Shown one piece after another: positions 26,944 through 32,000 of a stretch of DNA of 32,000 nucleotides (its first letter is position 1; the number at the start of each line of letters is the position of its first letter). Both the position numbers and the translations under genes were made by a program. The DNA comes from Methanosphaera stadtmanae DSM 3091 (GTDB taxonomy: Archaea > Methanobacteriota > Methanobacteria > Methanobacteriales > Methanobacteriaceae), in the NCBI RefSeq assembly GCF_000012545.1, contig NC_007681.1:1320001-1352000 (forward strand), in the 5' to 3' direction. The notes under the pieces were generated by a model. The model searched no databases. It was not told where the DNA came from and worked only from the letters and a program-made list of their open reading frames with translations.

Positions 26944-29448
26944 CTAATTTCTTCCCTCTATTTTTTTAATTAAATTCCTACAATTATTACTTAAATTCTT
27001 ATTATTAAATGCAAGACTTATTCTAGATATTGCTTCTAATGTTCTAATTACCTGATCAAGCCAACTGAAAATATCTCCAGGATAGATATGTACATCATAA
27101 TTTGTCATGAAATACTTACTAATATGATTTGGATCCCACCCATGTAATCTTTGTCTTATTATCTTATCAGAAATATTTACTTCCAGACAATTACAAAAAG
27201 GTTTTTCTTGACAATTACATGATAAAAAGTCAATTTGTAGTGAAATTAACTTATCTGTATATTGTGGATCTATTTTTGCAATAACATCCCCCGTTGTTAT
27301 AATATCTCTTGTTGAATCTGCAAATAGTCTTGAACTTACATTTGTTTTTAAAGCAGATGAAAGTCTGTTAATCAATCGACTACTAAGATATGCACTGTCA
27401 AATGGTTCTAATTTTTCAACAGTTACGAGTGGATCTTGTTTTAAATGTTTTTTAATATATTCTGCCTTATATATTTTTAAAAAGGATAAAGATACTGCTC
27501 TTCCATACTTTGTAGCCATATACATATTTTTTTTACCATTAATATTTTTAATTAATTTCTTATCATACAATACATCCATAACTTCATCAAAAAGTATAGG
27601 TGTTTCTAGTTTATCATATTTATCTTTGAGATTTTGTGTATTTGCATTTCTTATTGCACTAATATCTGCAAGTACCTGTTCATAAACATCATCTTCACTA
27701 TACTCCACATTTATATTATCCACATCACTATCTAATAATTCAATTGCAACTTGTTCTTCTGAATCTCCATTATATTCCTTTCCAAGTTCTGGAAGTAAAT
27801 ATACCCTACCAATATCATGAAATGATGGTCTTCCAGCACGACCCAACATCTGTGAAAATTCATTGTTTGTTAACCATTTATTTCCCATTCTAAGTGTTTC
27901 AAACAAGACCTGCGAAGCTGGAAAATCCACCCCTGCAGCTAATGCTGCTGTAGTTACAACGGTTGATATTTGTTGATTTGCAAATTCCTTTTCTATCTTT
28001 AATTTTTTAGAATAGGAAAGACCTGCATGGTATGCTGCTGTTGTAAGTCCTTTTTTTGATATTTGTTGTGCAATTTGGTGTGTTTTACGTCGTGAATTTG
28101 TAAAGACTATTGTTTGACCCTTATAACCCTTAGATGATTTTGAATCAAATTCCTTCTTAGATAATCTGGCAAGTAGATCTTTTTTCTCATATTCACTTTT
28201 TGCAAAGATCAAATGACGTTCCAATGGAACTGGTCTTTCCTTATATTCAACAAGTTTCATTTTAAAATCATTTGCTACTTGTTTCGAATTTTTAACTGTT
28301 GCTGATAATCCTATTAACTGTGCTTTAGGAAAGATTGTCATTAATCTTTGAACTAAGCCATTTAGTCTTGGACCTCTTTCTTGTTCATCAAGCATGTGAA
28401 TTTCATCAATAACAACAGTGCCAATATTTTTTAGTTCATTATAATTTCCAGAACGTAAAATAAAATCTAATCCTTCATATGTTGCAACGATTATATCTAC
28501 ATTTTTCACAGATTTATTTGCTATTGTAAGTTCTCCTTTAGCTTTCACACGATTAGAACCTACTTTAATTGCAACATTTAACCCTAATGGTTTGTATTGT
28601 TTTTTAAAATCCCTATATTTTTGGTTAGCTAATGCTACAAGAGGTGTTAGATATATTAATTTTTTGTGATTCAATGCCTTTGGAATTCCTGCTAATTCTC
28701 CAACCAATGTTTTTCCTGAAGCAGTTGCAGATACTATGAGTAAATTTTCATTCTTAAGAAGTCCTGCTTTAAGAGCTAATATTTGTACAGGTAATAAATA
28801 TTTTACTTTTTTAGCAAGAATATTTTTAAATGATTTTGGAATATTTAATTTTTTAACACTTATCTTTGGATATTTTGCTTTTTTTACATTGATTTTATCA
28901 TAAATTGTTAAATTATCATGTTTAATAGGATTAAAATGAGGATCAAAAATCTGTAAAATTTTTTCTAAATCATGTGTCTTCTTAAGTAATTTCCTAAAAC
29001 TTGGATATGACACATCAGAATATCCTTTTAAATGCATCACATGTTTAATTTCCTTTTCAGCACAATGTTTACAAATATATTCCCCATATAATTTGTATGA
29101 AGCTGATTTTTTTAGTATTGTTATGTTACCTTCAAATGTACAATGTCTACATATATTTGTTAGTTTATATGGAATATTAAGTGAATTTAACATTGATTCT
29201 ATTTCTTCATCTTCAGTAGCAAGTAGTACATTCTGTTTTCTTAATGTTCTAATAACATCCTTTGGTGATTTTAATGTTTCAACATTATCTTGTTTTATAA
29301 TAAATCGTTGAGGTCTTATTTTGCCATTGTCTTCATGTAACTTAAAATAACTATAAAATAATGGTTTTCGTTGATTATTAAGGGCACCCTTTGCTGAACC
29401 TATAGGATATAATTCAATTATTTTTTTATTACGTCTTAGTATTATCAT
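26944..29448 (-). CDS. Ski2-like superfamily 2 helicase with an N-terminal Zn-finger domain (ASH-Ski2-like)
   Basis: 834 aa. Motif I SATASGKT, motif II VIDEIHML, motif III LSATV, motif VI QMLGRAGRP. The N-terminal region has CRHC-x22-CKHC (residues 100-129). The C-terminal region has CNC-x5-CNC. Confidence 0.75.
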   Translation of the reverse strand: MIILRRNKKIIELYPIGSAKGALNNQRKPLFYSYFKLHEDNGKIRPQRFIIKQDNVETLKSPKDVIRTLRKQNVLLATEDEEIESMLNSLNIPYKLTNICRHCTFEGNITILKKSASYKLYGEYICKHCAEKEIKHVMHLKGYSDVSYPSFRKLLKKTHDLEKILQIFDPHFNPIKHDNLTIYDKINVKKAKYPKISVKKLNIPKSFKNILAKKVKYLLPVQILALKAGLLKNENLLIVSATASGKTLVGELAGIPKALNHKKLIYLTPLVALANQKYRDFKKQYKPLGLNVAIKVGSNRVKAKGELTIANKSVKNVDIIVATYEGLDFILRSGNYNELKNIGTVVIDEIHMLDEQERGPRLNGLVQRLMTIFPKAQLIGLSATVKNSKQVANDFKMKLVEYKERPVPLERHLIFAKSEYEKKDLLARLSKKEFDSKSSKGYKGQTIVFTNSRRKTHQIAQQISKKGLTTAAYHAGLSYSKKLKIEKEFANQQISTVVTTAALAAGVDFPASQVLFETLRMGNKWLTNNEFSQMLGRAGRPSFHDIGRVYLLPELGKEYNGDSEEQVAIELLDSDVDNINVEYSEDDVYEQVLADISAIRNANTQNLKDKYDKLETPILFDEVMDVLYDKKLIKNINGKKNMYMATKYGRAVSLSFLKIYKAEYIKKHLKQDPLVTVEKLEPFDSAYLSSRLINRLSSALKTNVSSRLFADSTRDIITTGDVIAKIDPQYTDKLISLQIDFLSCNCQEKPFCNCLEVNISDKIIRQRLHGWDPNHISKYFMTNYDVHIYPGDIFSWLDQVIRTLEAISRISLAFNNKNLSNNCRNLIKKIEGRN

Positions 29449-29647
29449 GTTATCAAAAAAATTTTTTTACTTATAAAACATTTTTTTTCTTTCAGTTATA
29501 TCTATACTATATATTTCTTAATTCTATAATATTTTTATTTAGAAAAATAAAATATCATATTTAAATAAATGTTTTAACATAGCCATATATACAAGAAAAT
29601 AGAGTAAGTTAAAAAACAAAAATTCTAAAATAAAGGTGTGAAATTAT

Positions 29648-30271
29648 ATGTATAATATGGGAGCATCAACAAAACCAGGATATGATATTGCTAATAAAAG
29701 TAGAGAAATTATTAAATCATTAATTGATGATGAAACTAAGAATTTAACATATGAGGAACGAGACATAGTTGAACGTGTTGTACATTCTACAGCAGACCCA
29801 GAATATGCCAAACTTGTTAAAATATCACCCACATTTGTAGAAACTGCACTTGATTGTTTTGATAAAAAAGAAGATATTCTTACAGACATAAATATGGTTA
29901 AATCAGGAATTACAAGGTATGATGGTAGAGTAATGTGTTATATCCGTGATGAAAGAGCAATTAAATTGGCTAAAAAAGAAGAAATTACTCGTTCAGCAGC
30001 TGCTATGAGAATTGCAGCTGAAGATGGATTTAAAGGAGTAGTTGCAATAGGAAACGCTCCAACAGCATTGTTTGAAGTAATGGAATTAGTTGAAGAAGGT
30101 CAAATGGATGCACGTGCAGTTGCAGGGGTACCTGTAGGATTTGTAGGTGCAGCTGATTCTAAAGAAGCATTATCCAAAACAAATATACCTTATGCAATTA
30201 CAACAGGACCTAAAGGTGGAACACCAATTGCAGTTGCAATTATTAATTCATTATTAAATATTAAAAAATAA
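29648..30271 (+). CDS. cbiC: Cobalt-precorrin-8 methylmutase
   Basis: 207 aa. ERVVHSTADPEYA and VAIGNAPTALFEV are CbiC/CobH motifs. An SD (AAGGTG) lies upstream. Confidence 0.85.
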   Translation: MYNMGASTKPGYDIANKSREIIKSLIDDETKNLTYEERDIVERVVHSTADPEYAKLVKISPTFVETALDCFDKKEDILTDINMVKSGITRYDGRVMCYIRDERAIKLAKKEEITRSAAAMRIAAEDGFKGVVAIGNAPTALFEVMELVEEGQMDARAVAGVPVGFVGAADSKEALSKTNIPYAITTGPKGGTPIAVAIINSLLNIKK

Positions 30272-30286
30272 AAGAGGAGACAATAA

Positions 30287-31558
30287 ATGAAACTTGATAA
30301 ATCAAAAGAATTATTTGATGAAGCTGTAAATTACCTTCCCGGAGGAGTTAATTCACCAGTACGAGCATACAAACCTTATCCTTTCTTTGCTAAAAGTGCT
30401 AAAGGTTCAAAAATATATGATGTTGATGGAAATGAATATATAGATTATTGTTTAGGATATGGACCCTTACTTTTTGGTCATGCAAATGAACATATTATTG
30501 AAAAATCCATTGAACAATTAAAATTAGGTACAGATTATGGAGTACCTTCAGAAAAAGAAGTTCAACTAGCAAAAGAAGTAATCAAAAGAGTGCCATGTGC
30601 ACAAATGGTTCGATTTACAAATTCTGGAACTGAAGCTACAATGAGTGCTATTAGATTAGCACGTGGAATTACAAAAAGAGACAAAATAATCAAATTCGAA
30701 GGAGCATACCATGGAGCTCATGACGCTGTACTAGTCAAATCAGGATCAGGAGCTGCAGGACTACCCGATTCTCCAGGAATACCTACAGATACAACAAAAA
30801 ATACTATGCTCGTAGAATTCAATGATGAAGAAGCCCTAAAAAAACTTATTAATGAAAATAAAGATGAAATTGCATGTATTATTGTTGAACCTGTTATGGG
30901 AAATATTGGATGTGTTCCACCTAAAGAAGGTTACCTTGATTTTTTACGTGAAATTACATTAGAAAATGGAATTTTATTAATTATTGATGAAGTTATCACA
31001 GGTTTCAGAATAAGTAAAGGTGGTGCACAAGAATATTATAATGTTATCCCTGACTTAGCTACATTTGGTAAAATTGTAGGTGGAGGATTCCCTATTGGAG
31101 CTATTGCAGGAAAAAAAGAATATATGGAACAATTTACTCCTAGTGGAAAAATATATCAAGCTGGTACATTTAGTGGAAATCCAATGTCCATTAATGGAGG
31201 ATTAGCTGCATTTGAAGTTTTAGATGATAATAGTTATAAACAGTTACATAAAAGTGGAGAATATTTCAGAAATGGAATTGTAGACATACTAGATAAATTA
31301 AATATTAACTTCCATGTAAATGGTGTTGAATCTATGACACAAATATACTTCACTGAAAATGAGGTATATGATTATAAAACAGCACAAACATCTGATACAG
31401 AAAACTTCTTAAAATACTTCCACCTACTTCTTGAAAATGGAGTGTTTATTGCTCCATCACAGTATGAATGTGGTTTTATATCAACATCACATAGTAGAGA
31501 TGACTTAGATAAAACCTTAAATGCAATTGAAATTGCTCTAACAAAATTATATAAATAA
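30287..31558 (+). CDS. hemL: Glutamate-1-semialdehyde 2,1-aminomutase
   Basis: 423 aa. [29 protein letters not shown] and the PLP-lysine region [12 protein letters not shown] identify it. An SD (GAGGAG) lies upstream. Confidence 0.95.
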   Translation: MKLDKSKELFDEAVNYLPGGVNSPVRAYKPYPFFAKSAKGSKIYDVDGNEYIDYCLGYGPLLFGHANEHIIEKSIEQLKLGTDYGVPSEKEVQLAKEVIKRVPCAQMVRFTNSGTEATMSAIRLARGITKRDKIIKFEGAYHGAHDAVLVKSGSGAAGLPDSPGIPTDTTKNTMLVEFNDEEALKKLINENKDEIACIIVEPVMGNIGCVPPKEGYLDFLREITLENGILLIIDEVITGFRISKGGAQEYYNVIPDLATFGKIVGGGFPIGAIAGKKEYMEQFTPSGKIYQAGTFSGNPMSINGGLAAFEVLDDNSYKQLHKSGEYFRNGIVDILDKLNINFHVNGVESMTQIYFTENEVYDYKTAQTSDTENFLKYFHLLLENGVFIAPSQYECGFISTSHSRDDLDKTLNAIEIALTKLYK

Positions 31559-31568
31559 ACTCCCCTTC

Positions 31569-31584
31569 TTTTTTTACTTTTTTT
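31569..31584 (+). terminator. Two T7 tracts after the hemL stop
   Basis: CTTCTTTTTTTACTTTTTTTA begins 6 nt after the TAA at 31556-31558. Confidence 0.45.
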
Positions 31585-31686
31585 ATATTAGAACTTCTTT
31601 TAAAAAAAAATAATTACTTATCCTTAAATTTAATAATATATTCATATAAAATTATTAATACTAAAAAAAATATTAGGTTATTAAGT

Positions 31687-32000
31687 ATGAAAATTGCAAT
31701 TGGACTTGGAGAAAATAAAAATGTTTTAGAAGCAGTGAAACAATTTCCATATGATATAAAAATAGCAAGGACAAATGAAGAATTACTGAATTATTTAAAT
31801 AATCCAGAAATAGATGGTGTTATAAGAGGATCACTTGAATCAAACATTATCATGGATCTTAAAAAGAAGTATCCCCATATATTTAGAGCTTCCATACTTG
31901 AAAAAGATGGACATAAATTCATGTTAACACCTGTTGGTATTGATGAATGTGATACTATAAAAGCTAAAAAAACAATAATACGTGAATGTTCTAGAATTAT
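31687..32000 (+). CDS. Partial CDS (N-terminal 104 aa), possibly MtxX / methanogenesis marker 4 (phosphotransacetylase-like fold)
   Basis: Absent from the ORF track because it is open to the right edge. Sequence: MKIAIGLGENKNVLEAVKQFPYDIKIARTNEELLNYLNNPEIDGVIRGSLESN... The layout resembles the PTA/PTB-like MtxX N-terminus. This is a weak recognition from memory. Confidence 0.3.
   Translation, partial: MKIAIGLGENKNVLEAVKQFPYDIKIARTNEELLNYLNNPEIDGVIRGSLESNIIMDLKKKYPHIFRASILEKDGHKFMLTPVGIDECDTIKAKKTIIRECSRI

Overview
This is a strongly AT-rich, gene-dense chromosomal segment with about 37 CDS. Intergenic spacers are short and Shine-Dalgarno-led, and several start/stop junctions abut or overlap. 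It reads as core genome of a methanogenic archaeon of the Methanobacteriales type (Methanosphaera/Methanobrevibacter-like). That assignment is an inference from proteins I recognise by eye: YcaO 'methanogenesis marker 1', an MfnE-like kinase, aTrm56, LSm-L37e, aEF-1beta, Pth2, PycB, CobS/CbiC/HemL, MIPS, Thg1-like and NadX. All product calls rest on motif and family recognition from memory; no database search was run. I find no rRNA or tRNA (no GC-rich islands in any intergenic region), no CRISPR array, no transposase or integrase, and no recognisable defence island. The window is therefore mostly ordinary housekeeping DNA, and I do not see a convincing new system. Six items deserve a second look: (1) an Epd/Tad-like archaeal type IV pilus machinery split over two loci (a Flp-sized pilin plus half-size platform protein at 3.7-4.8 kb; an ATPase plus second half-size platform protein at 12.0-14.1 kb); (2) an abutting larC-queC-DUF2284 gene string (20.1-22.5 kb), which is not the expected context for either larC or queC; (3) a ycaO gene with no tfuA next to it, packed into an apparent operon with translation genes; (4) a Cys-rich Zn-ribbon plus class I methyltransferase of unclear target, divergent from the pilus ATPase; (5) an unusually long hairpin-rich spacer splitting the normally tight LSm-L37e pair; (6) a Ski2-like helicase with N- and C-terminal Cys clusters. 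Two real genes are absent from the supplied ORF track: a JAMM/MPN protease running off the left edge, and a 54-aa Zn-ribbon protein upstream of EF-1beta.
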